Source of the DNA: Flavobacteriales bacterium
Lineage (GTDB): Bacteria > Bacteroidota > Bacteroidia > Flavobacteriales > Flavobacteriaceae
Assembly: GCA_004213965.1 (NCBI GenBank)
Contig: SGZI01000001.1
Coordinates: 7,763-71,762, forward strand
Length of the DNA: 64,000 nt
Reading direction: 5' to 3'
Shown: piece by piece, positions 23,128 to 31,830 of the stretch
Position numbering within the stretch: the stretch's first letter is position 1
How the letters are laid out: each line of letters opens with the position of its first letter
Notes under the pieces: generated by a model
Seen by the model: the letters and a program-made list of their open reading frames with translations, nothing else
The model's database searches: none
Told to the model about the DNA's origin: nothing
Translations under genes and position numbers: made by a program

Positions 23128-24645
23128 ATTGTCTTGGATATTTAAAGATTCAATGAATTTTATAGATGAAACTATGTGATTATGCATAACCTCATCATTC
23201 TTTATAAATTTCACTTCTTTTCTATAATCACTCACTAACTTTTCAATAGTTTTTGATGAACTTAAAGGTTTCTTGAACTCTAACGCCTGAGCTGCTGTAA
23301 ACATTTCAATTGCTAACACATATTTAACGTTTTCTATTATTTTGTGTAATTGTAAAGCAGAATTAGCCCCCATACTAACGTGGTCTTCTTGACCATTTGA
23401 AGAGGTAATTGAGTCTATGCTTGCTGGAGTTGCATATTGTTTGTTTATACTAACAATACTGGCAGCTGTATATTGAGGTATCATAAAACCAGAATTAAAC
23501 CCAGAATCCGCCGTTAGAAAAGGTGGCAAACCTCTTTTACCAGAAATTAAGTTGAAGATCCTTCTTTCAGATATATTTGCCATCTCAGCAATTGAAATCT
23601 TTAAGAAGTCTAATACATACGCTAAAGGTTGTCCATGAAAATTTCCTCCAGAAATAATTTTATTTTCTTTTACTGAAATAATAGGATTGTCGGTAACTGA
23701 ATTTATTTCATCTGTTATTACTGTTGAAGCATATCTTATTGTATCAAGACTTGCACCATGAACTTGAGGAATGCATCTAAATGAATATGGGTCTTGAAGA
23801 TTAGATTTTTTACCTTTTCTTATTTCACTGCCTTTAGAGAATTTAGTTATCCTATTTGAAACTATTGACTGCCCCTTGTGTTTTCTAACAGTATTAATAA
23901 TTTTATCAAAAGGATCATATTTACAATCAAAAGACTCTAATGATATGGTTGAAATTAAATCTGCTAAATAACTTATTTTATATGATTCTAAAATTGATGA
24001 TACAGCATATGCACACATAAACTGTGTTCCATTTAGAAGTGCTAATCCTTCTTTTGAAAGCAACTTTATGGGTTTTATTTTAAACTTCTTTAAAATTTTT
24101 GAAGCAGGATATTCTTTTTCATCGAATATAACTTCTCCTTTACCTATAATTGGAAGTGAAAGATGAGCTAAAGGAGCTAAATCTCCAGAAGCACCAAGAG
24201 ATCCATAGCTGTAAACTACAGGAAGTATGTTTTTGTTATAAAAGAAAATTAATCTTTGAATTGTCTTTATACTGACACCGCTATAGCCTTTTGATAATGA
24301 TATTATTTTAAGCAATAACATTATCTTTACAATACTTGAAGGAATTTTATCTCCTACTCCACAAGCGTGAGAAACAATAAGATTCTCTTGAAGCTTATTT
24401 AATTGTTTAGCATCTATTTTTATATTATGCAAAGAACCAAAGCCTGTATTTACCCCATATATAGGTTCATCGCTGGAATTAATTTTTTTATCTAAGTAAA
24501 TTCTCGAATCATTAACTATCTTAACTTGAGTCTTTGATAGTTTAATTTTATGATTACCATCTAAGATTTTTTTAATCTCACTCAATCCAATATCTCCAGA
24601 ACCTATTTTGTGTGTTTTCAAGATTTTTTTTTGTAAAAATAGCAA
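23116..24645 (-). CDS. hutH: Histidine ammonia-lyase (aromatic amino acid lyase / MIO family)
   Basis: 509 aa. It has the GASGDLAPLAH MIO-forming Ala-Ser-Gly motif, plus NTGFG and SSNGQEDHVSMG. There is no in-frame ATG near the 5' end; TTG candidates are at 24645 and 24621. The 3' end overlaps clpC by 12 nt. Confidence 0.85.
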   Translation of the reverse strand: MLFLQKKILKTHKIGSGDIGLSEIKKILDGNHKIKLSKTQVKIVNDSRIYLDKKINSSDEPIYGVNTGFGSLHNIKIDAKQLNKLQENLIVSHACGVGDKIPSSIVKIMLLLKIISLSKGYSGVSIKTIQRLIFFYNKNILPVVYSYGSLGASGDLAPLAHLSLPIIGKGEVIFDEKEYPASKILKKFKIKPIKLLSKEGLALLNGTQFMCAYAVSSILESYKISYLADLISTISLESFDCKYDPFDKIINTVRKHKGQSIVSNRITKFSKGSEIRKGKKSNLQDPYSFRCIPQVHGASLDTIRYASTVITDEINSVTDNPIISVKENKIISGGNFHGQPLAYVLDFLKISIAEMANISERRIFNLISGKRGLPPFLTADSGFNSGFMIPQYTAASIVSINKQYATPASIDSITSSNGQEDHVSMGANSALQLHKIIENVKYVLAIEMFTAAQALEFKKPLSSSKTIEKLVSDYRKEVKFIKNDEVMHNHIVSSIKFIESLNIQDNLIV

Positions 24646-24692
24646 TGTATTTTTATTTAATTAAATTTACTGTAGATAAATAACCTTGATAT

Positions 24693-26069
24693 ATGAAAAA
24701 TCATAAAGTTCTCACATCAATTTATATAATCTTTATTTTCACCATTTTTTCATGTGGTAAAGATTCCTCAACTCAAATTTCAGGAACAATCAATAACTCG
24801 TCTCACGATTCAATTACTATAACAGGAGCTGGCGTAAATAAAACTATAAAAGTTAATGATATTGGAGATTTTTTAGAGGATATAAATATCCCTACCAATA
24901 AGTATACTTTAACCCATGGAAAAGAAAAAATTGAAATCTTTATAAAAGGTGGAAAAAATATATCAATATTGTTTGATTGTAAAGATTTTAAAGAATCTAT
25001 AGTTTTTGAAGGGAATAGTTCACAAGAAAACAATTATCTTAAGTCAAAACAAAAAAAAATAGATTCTAACCCTATAGATTTTACAGCTTTATATTCATTA
25101 GAAGAAGAAGCTTTTTTAAATCAAATTAGTGATACAAAAACTAACGACATACGTTTTATAAACTCATATGATAATGATATTGCAAAACTTGATAAAAAAT
25201 TAAAGCATATTGAAGAGAAAGAAGCTAATTACACATATTTGCTATCATTACAGCGCTACCCAGTGTATTACAAGTTTTATGCAAAAAAAGAGCCTAAGTT
25301 TAGTGATTCATTTTTGAGCCCTCTTAATGAATTAAATTATGTTAATAATAATGATTACGTTGTTTCTCAATCTTATAAATATCTTGTGTTAGCTCATTTT
25401 TTTAATGAAGAAAAAATGTCTAATAATATAGCAACTCATTTTAGCGATCTATTAGAAGCTAATGCGCCTAACATTAAAAAAGATGTTGTTTCTCAGGGTA
25501 AATATTATTTTAGCGCGTCATCTGAAAATAATGAGTTACTCTATAATAATCTTATTAAAATGTCTAATGATTCTATACAAACAGCTGAATTAACAGACAT
25601 ATTCAACAAACTTCAATTGATAAAAAAGGGAATGAAATCTCCTGAGTTTTTTGATTATGAAAACTATAAAGGTGGAACTACTTCCTTATCTGATTTAAGA
25701 GGTAAATATTTATACATTGATGTATGGGCGACATGGTGCGGACCATGTATAGCGCAAATTCCTGCTTCAAAAAAAATGGAAAAACTTTATCGTGACAAAA
25801 ACATAGAATTTGTATACATCTCTATTGATGTTAGAGATAGGCTTGTATATAACTATGATAAATGGAAAGAAATGATAGCGGAAAAATCATTAGGTGGAGT
25901 ACAATTATTTGCTGATAATGCTTGGGAGTCAAAATTTACTAAAGCATTTGTTATAAATTCAATTCCAAGATACCTATTAATAGGGCCTAATGGCAATATT
26001 ATATCTGGTGATGCGCCTAGACCTTCTGATCAAAAACTGGTTGAGCTATTTGATTCACTAGATATATAA
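24693..26069 (+). CDS. TlpA-family thiol:disulfide oxidoreductase lipoprotein
   Basis: 458 aa. It has a lipobox (IFSCGKD), a long N-terminal domain and a C-terminal thioredoxin fold with WATWCGPC. Confidence 0.85.
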   Translation: MKNHKVLTSIYIIFIFTIFSCGKDSSTQISGTINNSSHDSITITGAGVNKTIKVNDIGDFLEDINIPTNKYTLTHGKEKIEIFIKGGKNISILFDCKDFKESIVFEGNSSQENNYLKSKQKKIDSNPIDFTALYSLEEEAFLNQISDTKTNDIRFINSYDNDIAKLDKKLKHIEEKEANYTYLLSLQRYPVYYKFYAKKEPKFSDSFLSPLNELNYVNNNDYVVSQSYKYLVLAHFFNEEKMSNNIATHFSDLLEANAPNIKKDVVSQGKYYFSASSENNELLYNNLIKMSNDSIQTAELTDIFNKLQLIKKGMKSPEFFDYENYKGGTTSLSDLRGKYLYIDVWATWCGPCIAQIPASKKMEKLYRDKNIEFVYISIDVRDRLVYNYDKWKEMIAEKSLGGVQLFADNAWESKFTKAFVINSIPRYLLIGPNGNIISGDAPRPSDQKLVELFDSLDI

Positions 26070-26073
26070 TAGA

Positions 26074-27150
26074 ATGAAAAGAACGGCATTACATAATTCA
26101 CACATAAGCCTTGGCGCTAAAATGGTTGATTTTGCAGGATACTTAATGCCTGTTCAATATGAAGGTGTTAAATCTGAACACTTATCAGTTAAACATAACG
26201 TTGGTGTATTTGATGTGTCACATATGGGTGAATTCATCATTTATGGTGATGGCTCACTTGAACTACTACAATTCTGCCTTAGCAATGATGTTTCAAAATT
26301 AAATGATGGAGAAGCTCAATATAATTGTCTTTTAAATGATAATGGAGGAATCGTAGATGATTTAATCTTATATAAACTCTCAGAGAACAAATATATGCTT
26401 GTTGTTAACGCAAGTAACATAGAAAAAGACTGGGGACATTTATTATCAAAAAACAGTTTTGAAGCTAAAATGCAAAATATGTCTGATGAGTATTCATTAT
26501 TGTCTATTCAAGGGCCAAAAACAAGTGAAGTTATTCAGCAGTTAACAAAATATGATTTATCAACAATATCCTATTACAACTTTGTTTCAACAGAATTTGC
26601 TAATAAAAAAGATGTTATTATTTCTAATACTGGATATACTGGCTGTGGTGGTTTTGAAATTTATTGTAAAAATGATCAACTTAAGGATATCTGGGAAAAT
26701 ATTATGACTGCTGGAAAAAATATCAATATAAAACCAATAGGGTTGGCTGCAAGAGACACCTTAAGACTTGAGATGGGGTTTTGTTTATATGGAAATGAGT
26801 TAAGTGACAATATTACCCCTATTGAGGCAGGCTTAGGCTGGATAACAAAATTTTCTAAAGAATTTAATGGGTGTAGATTACTTAAAAGTCAAAAAGAAAA
26901 TGGTGTTGATAGAAAACTTGTTGGATTTGAATTAATTGATAAAGGAATTCCTAGAAAAGATTACGAAATCTATGATTCAGATAATTATAAAATTGGTATT
27001 GTAACTTCTGGAACAATGTCTCCAAGTCTAGGAAAAGCCATTGGATTAGGATATGTCAGCGTTAATTCTGCAAAGACTGGAACTGTTATTTACATAAATA
27101 TTCGAAATAATATGATTAAGGCAGTTATTAGTAAAACTCCTTTTAAATAA
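26074..27150 (+). CDS. gcvT: Glycine cleavage system aminomethyltransferase (T protein)
   Basis: 358 aa. Motifs are GYLMPVQYEG, FDVSHMGEF and ARDTLRLEMG. Confidence 0.93.
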   Translation: MKRTALHNSHISLGAKMVDFAGYLMPVQYEGVKSEHLSVKHNVGVFDVSHMGEFIIYGDGSLELLQFCLSNDVSKLNDGEAQYNCLLNDNGGIVDDLILYKLSENKYMLVVNASNIEKDWGHLLSKNSFEAKMQNMSDEYSLLSIQGPKTSEVIQQLTKYDLSTISYYNFVSTEFANKKDVIISNTGYTGCGGFEIYCKNDQLKDIWENIMTAGKNINIKPIGLAARDTLRLEMGFCLYGNELSDNITPIEAGLGWITKFSKEFNGCRLLKSQKENGVDRKLVGFELIDKGIPRKDYEIYDSDNYKIGIVTSGTMSPSLGKAIGLGYVSVNSAKTGTVIYINIRNNMIKAVISKTPFK

Positions 27151-27151
27151 T

Positions 27152-27862
27152 ATGGGAAGAGCGTTTGAATTTAGAAAAGCTAGAAAGCTTAAAAGATGGT
27201 CGGCAATGAGTAAAACCTTTACAAGACTTGGTAAAGATATTGTAATGGCCGTTAAAGAAAATGGTCCAGACCCATCAACTAACTCAAAATTAAGAGCAGT
27301 TGTTCAAAATGCTAAGGCTGCTAATATGCCTAAAGATAATATTGAAAGAGCTATAAAAAGAGCTAGTGAAAAAAATCAAGACAACTATAAAGAAATATTG
27401 TTTGAGGGATATGCTCCACATGGAGTGGCTGTATTGGTTGAGACAGCAACAGATAACAATACCAGAACTGTAGCAAACATAAGGAGTTATTTTAATAAAC
27501 ATGAAGGAAATTTAGGTACTTCTGGCTCTGTTAGCTTCATGTTTGATCACACCTGTAACTTTAGAATTAATAAAGATGGCTTGGATTCTGAAGAAATTGA
27601 ATTGGATTTTATTGATTTTGGGGTTGAGGAAGTTTTTATAGATGATAATGATATCTTAATCTATGCTCCTTTTGAATATTTTGGCGAAATACAATCTGAA
27701 CTTGAGAAAAGAAAGATTGAAATAGTCTCATCAGGTTTCGACAGAATCCCAAATACATTTAAAGAGGTTAATGATGAGCAAAAAACAGAAATTGAAAAAT
27801 TATTAGAGAAAATTGAAGACGATGATGATGTTCAAAACGTTTATCATTCAATGAAAGAGTAA
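27152..27862 (+). CDS. YebC/PmpR family DNA-binding transcriptional regulator
   Basis: 236 aa. Motifs are MGRAFEFRKARKxKRW and NMPKDNIERAIKRA. Confidence 0.92.
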   Translation: MGRAFEFRKARKLKRWSAMSKTFTRLGKDIVMAVKENGPDPSTNSKLRAVVQNAKAANMPKDNIERAIKRASEKNQDNYKEILFEGYAPHGVAVLVETATDNNTRTVANIRSYFNKHEGNLGTSGSVSFMFDHTCNFRINKDGLDSEEIELDFIDFGVEEVFIDDNDILIYAPFEYFGEIQSELEKRKIEIVSSGFDRIPNTFKEVNDEQKTEIEKLLEKIEDDDDVQNVYHSMKE

Positions 27863-27886
27863 AATAGAAAATATTTTAAAAAGTAA

Positions 27887-28450
27887 TCAGTTTTTATAAA
27901 AACTAAGTTCTTTTACCTTTCCTTCTACCCCGTCAAAAAACTCTTCTATATAATTAAAATCAGATTGCATATTATCAGTAGTATAGAATGGTTCTGATAT
28001 TAATATCTCTTTGTCCTTAAAATTAAGAGTGAACATGATTATAGGAACATTTGCTTTCTTAGCAATATAATAAAACCCTGTTTTAAATTTTTCTACCCTC
28101 TGCCTAGTTCCTTCTGGGGATAAAGCAACTCTAAACTCATTTTTATGATCAAACATTTCAGAAATCTGATCTACTCTATTTAGTTTTTTCGACCTATCTA
28201 CTGGAACTCCTCCAAGAAATTTGAGAATTATGTTTAAGGGAAAGAAAAATATTTCTTTTTTAGCTATAAATTTAGAATTAATATTAGCAGCTGATCTTGC
28301 TAATATTCCTATATAAAAATCATGTGAGCTAGTATGTGGAGCGGCGATAATAACTGCTTTTTTTATTGAATTTTGTGAAAAGTCAGTATTTCCACTGAAC
28401 CTCCAACCTAGAATGTTTTTAAAAAGCAATCTTGCAATATATTTAATCAT
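27887..28450 (-). CDS. Lysophospholipid (1-acyl-sn-glycerol-3-phosphate) acyltransferase family protein
   Basis: 187 aa. It has an HTSSHD motif (HX4D acyltransferase motif) and PEGTR. Confidence 0.75.
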   Translation of the reverse strand: MIKYIARLLFKNILGWRFSGNTDFSQNSIKKAVIIAAPHTSSHDFYIGILARSAANINSKFIAKKEIFFFPLNIILKFLGGVPVDRSKKLNRVDQISEMFDHKNEFRVALSPEGTRQRVEKFKTGFYYIAKKANVPIIMFTLNFKDKEILISEPFYTTDNMQSDFNYIEEFFDGVEGKVKELSFYKN

Positions 28451-29182
28451 CTACTTGTTTTTCCAAATATCAACAGCTTTTTCAAGATCTTCTTTAGTGT
28501 CTATCCCTACAGATTCAGTTAAAACTTCAGCCATCTTTATGTTCTCTCCACTCTCAATAATTCTTAAAGATTCTATTTTTTCAAATAACTCTAATTCAGT
28601 TTGAGGTAATTTAGACAAGTTAATTAATGCCTCCTTTCTATAGCCATAAACTCCTATATGTTTATAACAAACATTTTTGTCAAGATCTGAAACAGAATAA
28701 ATAGGTTTCCTTGAAAAATTTAAGGCATAATTATTATTATCTACTGACACCTTAACATTATTAGGGTCATTGATTTCCTTATTGCCACCTACTTCTTTCA
28801 TTAAAGAAGCATAGCTAATTTCCTTTTTCATGTCACTAGTAAAAATGTTTATTAAAGCCTCAAGACTTATCTTATTAATAAACGGCTCATCTCCTTGAAT
28901 GTTAATAATAACATCTGCTTCTATATCAATACAAGCTTCTGCTATTCTATCCGTTCCAGAGTTATATTCTTTTTCAATTAATATTGAATTTCCATTATTT
29001 GATAAGATTTCCTGATAAATCTCTAGATCCTGAGTAACTACAATAGTAGATGTAAATAGATTTGTACTAACTACAGCATTGTAAGTTCTTGTAATTACTG
29101 ACTTTCCACATAAATCCATCATCAACTTCCTGTTAAATCTTGTTGAACTTAGTCTTGCAGGTATTAAAGCTATAATATTCAT
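28451..29182 (-). CDS. kdsB: 3-deoxy-manno-octulosonate cytidylyltransferase (CMP-Kdo synthetase)
   Basis: 243 aa. Motifs are IIALIPARLSSTRF, NIQGDEP and HIGVYGYR. Confidence 0.9.
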   Translation of the reverse strand: MNIIALIPARLSSTRFNRKLMMDLCGKSVITRTYNAVVSTNLFTSTIVVTQDLEIYQEILSNNGNSILIEKEYNSGTDRIAEACIDIEADVIINIQGDEPFINKISLEALINIFTSDMKKEISYASLMKEVGGNKEINDPNNVKVSVDNNNYALNFSRKPIYSVSDLDKNVCYKHIGVYGYRKEALINLSKLPQTELELFEKIESLRIIESGENIKMAEVLTESVGIDTKEDLEKAVDIWKNK

Positions 29183-29289
29183 CTATCCAAAAATAATGAA
29201 TTATAATCATAACAATTAAAAACATTAAATCAATATTTATAGATATATGTTTTTTGTGAACAATGATTTTTACAAACCAAAAAAAATTG

Positions 29290-29297
29290 TAGTTTTG
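29290..29297 (+). promoter_or_regulatory. Candidate -7 box (TAGTTTTG) upstream of the 29330 gene
   Basis: It matches TAnnTTTG 33 nt upstream of the ATG at 29330. There is no -33 TTTG at canonical spacing. Confidence 0.3.
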
Positions 29298-29329
29298 CTG
29301 ATACTATAATCATAAAATATTATTCAATA

Positions 29330-30067
29330 ATGTTAAAAGTATTCTTATTCTTATCGATTCCAATTGCAGTTGGCTTAGTATACTTGGTTAAAAATAAATT
29401 TAATAACAACCAGAAGAAATATCTACAAATGGGTCTATGGGTCTTTATTGCTCTTTTTTCATACCTATTATATAGCTCTATATCTGATGTAATTAAATTT
29501 GACGAAGTAAAGAATTATAGATATCAGTCTGTAATCAAAAATTTAAAAGATATTAGAGATTCACAGCTAGCTCATAGATCTATTCATGGTCATTTTGAAA
29601 ACAATTGGGATAGTTTAGTGAAGTTTGTTGAAAACGATTCATTTACTATTACTCAAAGAAGAGATTCAAGCATTATTGACAGAGAACTTACCAAAAGATA
29701 TGGTGGAGTTAAGACATATAAGGATATAATTATTGTTGATACATTAGGGTTTGTTTCTGTCCAAGATTCATTATTTGGAATTGATAACAGATTTCAAACA
29801 ATGATGTATGTTCCATTTTCTAAGACTGGTGCAGTAAAATTTCAACTTAAAGCAGGGTTCTTAAATCAAAATGGAATAGATATTCCAGTTTTTGAATCAA
29901 AAGTTATGAAAAAGGTTATTTTACATGACCAGAACTCTGATTTAATATTTAAAGAAAATCAAGTTCAATCAGTAGATGGTGTTAATGGACCATCTTTAAA
30001 GATTGGATCAATGGATGAAGTAAACACAAATGGAAACTGGCCAAAAAACTATACAAAAGAAAAATAG
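29330..30067 (+). CDS. Hypothetical membrane-anchored protein
   Basis: 245 aa with two N-terminal hydrophobic helices followed by a soluble domain. I recognise no motif. Confidence 0.55.
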   Translation: MLKVFLFLSIPIAVGLVYLVKNKFNNNQKKYLQMGLWVFIALFSYLLYSSISDVIKFDEVKNYRYQSVIKNLKDIRDSQLAHRSIHGHFENNWDSLVKFVENDSFTITQRRDSSIIDRELTKRYGGVKTYKDIIIVDTLGFVSVQDSLFGIDNRFQTMMYVPFSKTGAVKFQLKAGFLNQNGIDIPVFESKVMKKVILHDQNSDLIFKENQVQSVDGVNGPSLKIGSMDEVNTNGNWPKNYTKEK

Positions 30068-30866
30068 AATAGATTTAACTTCTAATCTAAAATTGTCCAT
30101 TCATATTAGCTTGAATGGACTTTCTTTTTCTATAGTTGATTTAATTTCAGATGAGATAAGCTTCTATAAAAAACATGTTTTTACAAAAAAGACTAATCCA
30201 AAGAACTTATTAAAAGAATTAAAAAGGCATTTTAAAGAGATCCCTGAACTAAATGACACGTTTTCTTCAGTTAAAATTATTCATTATAACAATTTATCGA
30301 CTGTAGTTCCTGAAGTAGTTTTTGACAAAAACAATGCTTTGAGTTATTTAAAATTCAATTCACAAATATTGCAGAATGACTATGTAGCTTATGATCAAAT
30401 TTTCAACAATGAATGTGTTAATATATATATTCCTTATGTTAACGTAAATAATTTTATTTTTAAAAAATTTGACTCTTTTATATACAACCATTATTCGTCA
30501 ATTATTTTAGAAGAAGTTAAATCAAATGAGAAGAATTCAATAAATCCATCTCTGTACTTAAATATTGATTTAAATCATTTTGAGATTATTTATTTTCAAG
30601 ACAATAAGCTTATTTTTTATAATACATTCGATTATTCTGGCAAAGAAGATGTAATTTATTATCTCCTTTTTACTATTGATCAATTAAAATTAAATCCAGA
30701 AAAAACTCCACTAATTATTTCTGGATCTATCTCTATTGATGATGAATATTATGAAATAATATATAAATATATCCGCAATGTTTCTTTATATAATTCAAAC
30801 ATAAAAACTGATAGTGCTTATTATGATGATTTAAAATCAGATATAATTATAAAAAAAGGCTTCTAA
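30030..30866 (+). CDS. DUF3822-like protein (conserved Flavobacteriia hypothetical)
   Basis: 278 aa. The N-terminal KLSIHISLNGLSFSI and its position directly upstream of rsmD resemble the DUF3822 family as I remember it. The only ATG gives a 38-nt overlap with the upstream gene; an internal TTG just after that gene's stop is an alternative start. Confidence 0.5.
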   Translation: METGQKTIQKKNRIDLTSNLKLSIHISLNGLSFSIVDLISDEISFYKKHVFTKKTNPKNLLKELKRHFKEIPELNDTFSSVKIIHYNNLSTVVPEVVFDKNNALSYLKFNSQILQNDYVAYDQIFNNECVNIYIPYVNVNNFIFKKFDSFIYNHYSSIILEEVKSNEKNSINPSLYLNIDLNHFEIIYFQDNKLIFYNTFDYSGKEDVIYYLLFTIDQLKLNPEKTPLIISGSISIDDEYYEIIYKYIRNVSLYNSNIKTDSAYYDDLKSDIIIKKGF

Positions 30867-31400
30867 ATGCGAATTATATCAGGGAAAAATAAAGGTCAGA
30901 GAATTAGTTTTCCTAAAAACCTACCTGTAAGACCCACTACTGATATAGCAAAAGAAGGTTTGTTTAATATAATTTCAAACAACTATACTTTTGAAGATAT
31001 CTCTGTCGTTGATTTATTTGCTGGCTCAGGTAATATAAGCTATGAATTCTATTCTAGAGGAGTGCAAAAGGTTTTAGCAATTGACAATAATTCTAAATGC
31101 ACAAATTTTATAATAAAGCAATCAAAATCTTTAGAGATGGGTATATCTGTTGTAAAAAGAAATGTTTATAAATTTCTTGAGCATAACAGGGTTAATGCTG
31201 ATATATTTTTTGCTGACCCTCCCTACTCAGTAGATATGCAAAAATTAAACTGTATTATTGAATTAGTTGTAAATTCTGAAATGTTGAATGATCAAGGGGT
31301 GTTAATAATAGAACACTTTAAGAAAATTAATTTTTCTGATCATAAAAGAATAGTTGATTCAAGAACATATGGGGACACCTCATTTAGTTTTTTTAAATAA
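30867..31400 (+). CDS. rsmD: 16S rRNA (guanine966-N2)-methyltransferase RsmD
   Basis: 177 aa. Motifs are MRIISGxxKG, RPTTD, DLFAGSG and DPPY. Confidence 0.9.
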   Translation: MRIISGKNKGQRISFPKNLPVRPTTDIAKEGLFNIISNNYTFEDISVVDLFAGSGNISYEFYSRGVQKVLAIDNNSKCTNFIIKQSKSLEMGISVVKRNVYKFLEHNRVNADIFFADPPYSVDMQKLNCIIELVVNSEMLNDQGVLIIEHFKKINFSDHKRIVDSRTYGDTSFSFFK

Positions 31401-31431
31401 AAAAGCAAGTATAATAAAATACTTGCTTTTT
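31401..31431. terminator. Bidirectional intrinsic terminator shared by rsmD (+) and rnpB (-)
   Basis: AAAAGCAAGTA (31401-31411) pairs with TACTTGCTTTT (31420-31430) across an 8-nt loop. Each strand has a U-run on its 3' side. Confidence 0.8.
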
Positions 31432-31438
31432 CTTAAAT

Positions 31439-31732
31439 AAGTAGGTCTATAAGCCGAATTCTGTACTTTTTCAAGCCCTTATCATTTATCTTGATAAATT
31501 GTTGCCAATTTATTCTAGCTGCCTACCCTCCAACATTGAGCGTACAACTCTTATAGCTGGTATACATGGCATTGCACCTCATAGAGTTTACCTGATTTCA
31601 CTACAGCATTACCTGTACATACTTTCTGTTGCACTATTCCTGATCTTACAATCGGTGGCTGTTAACCACTATGATGTACTTTGGTGTTCGGACTTTCCTC
31701 TATATAAAATATAGCGATAAGGCGACCAACTT
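31439..31732 (-). ncRNA. rnpB: RNase P RNA, bacterial type A (ends approximate)
   Basis: The minus strand carries the universally conserved blocks. These are GAGGAAAGTCCG (31700-31689), AGTGCAACAGAAAGTA (31635-31620), GGGTAGGCAGCT (31528-31517), AGATAAATGAT and ACAGAATTCGGCTTATAG (31464-31447). P1 can form between AAGTTGGTC (31732-31724) and GACCTACTT (31447-31439). The region is visibly GC-richer than its flanks. Confidence 0.9.
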
Positions 31733-31738
31733 AAAGCG

Positions 31739-31746
31739 CAAAAATA
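31739..31746 (-). promoter_or_regulatory. Candidate -7 box (TATTTTTG) for rnpB
   Basis: The minus-strand TAnnTTTG match ends 6-7 nt upstream of the predicted P1 5' end. Confidence 0.45.
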
Positions 31747-31830
31747 ATCATTTTGTTTAAAACATAATATTTTAATAATTATTAGAGATAAATTTATAAT
31801 TAGATAGCAATATTTTGTAAATTTAAAATC

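Noticed and set aside
25051-25059. Other A9/T9 homopolymers as phase-variation switches: 25051-25059 in the TlpA-like gene, 24624-24632 at the hutH 5' end, and about 60018-60026 at the THUMP methyltransferase 3' end
   Set aside because: They encode Lys runs or lie at gene termini in a very AT-rich genome. The genes involved are not surface-variable types. Nothing other than the dnaX case coincides with a known recoding position.
26070-26073. Expected glycine riboswitch upstream of gcvT
   Set aside because: Only 4 nt separate gcvT from the upstream TlpA-like gene. The upstream coding sequence shows no riboswitch-like conserved core, so there is no room for the aptamers.
31499-31714. 71-aa plus-strand ORF in the ORF track
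   Set aside because: It lies entirely inside, and antisense to, the RNase P RNA gene, whose conserved core motifs account for the sequence.
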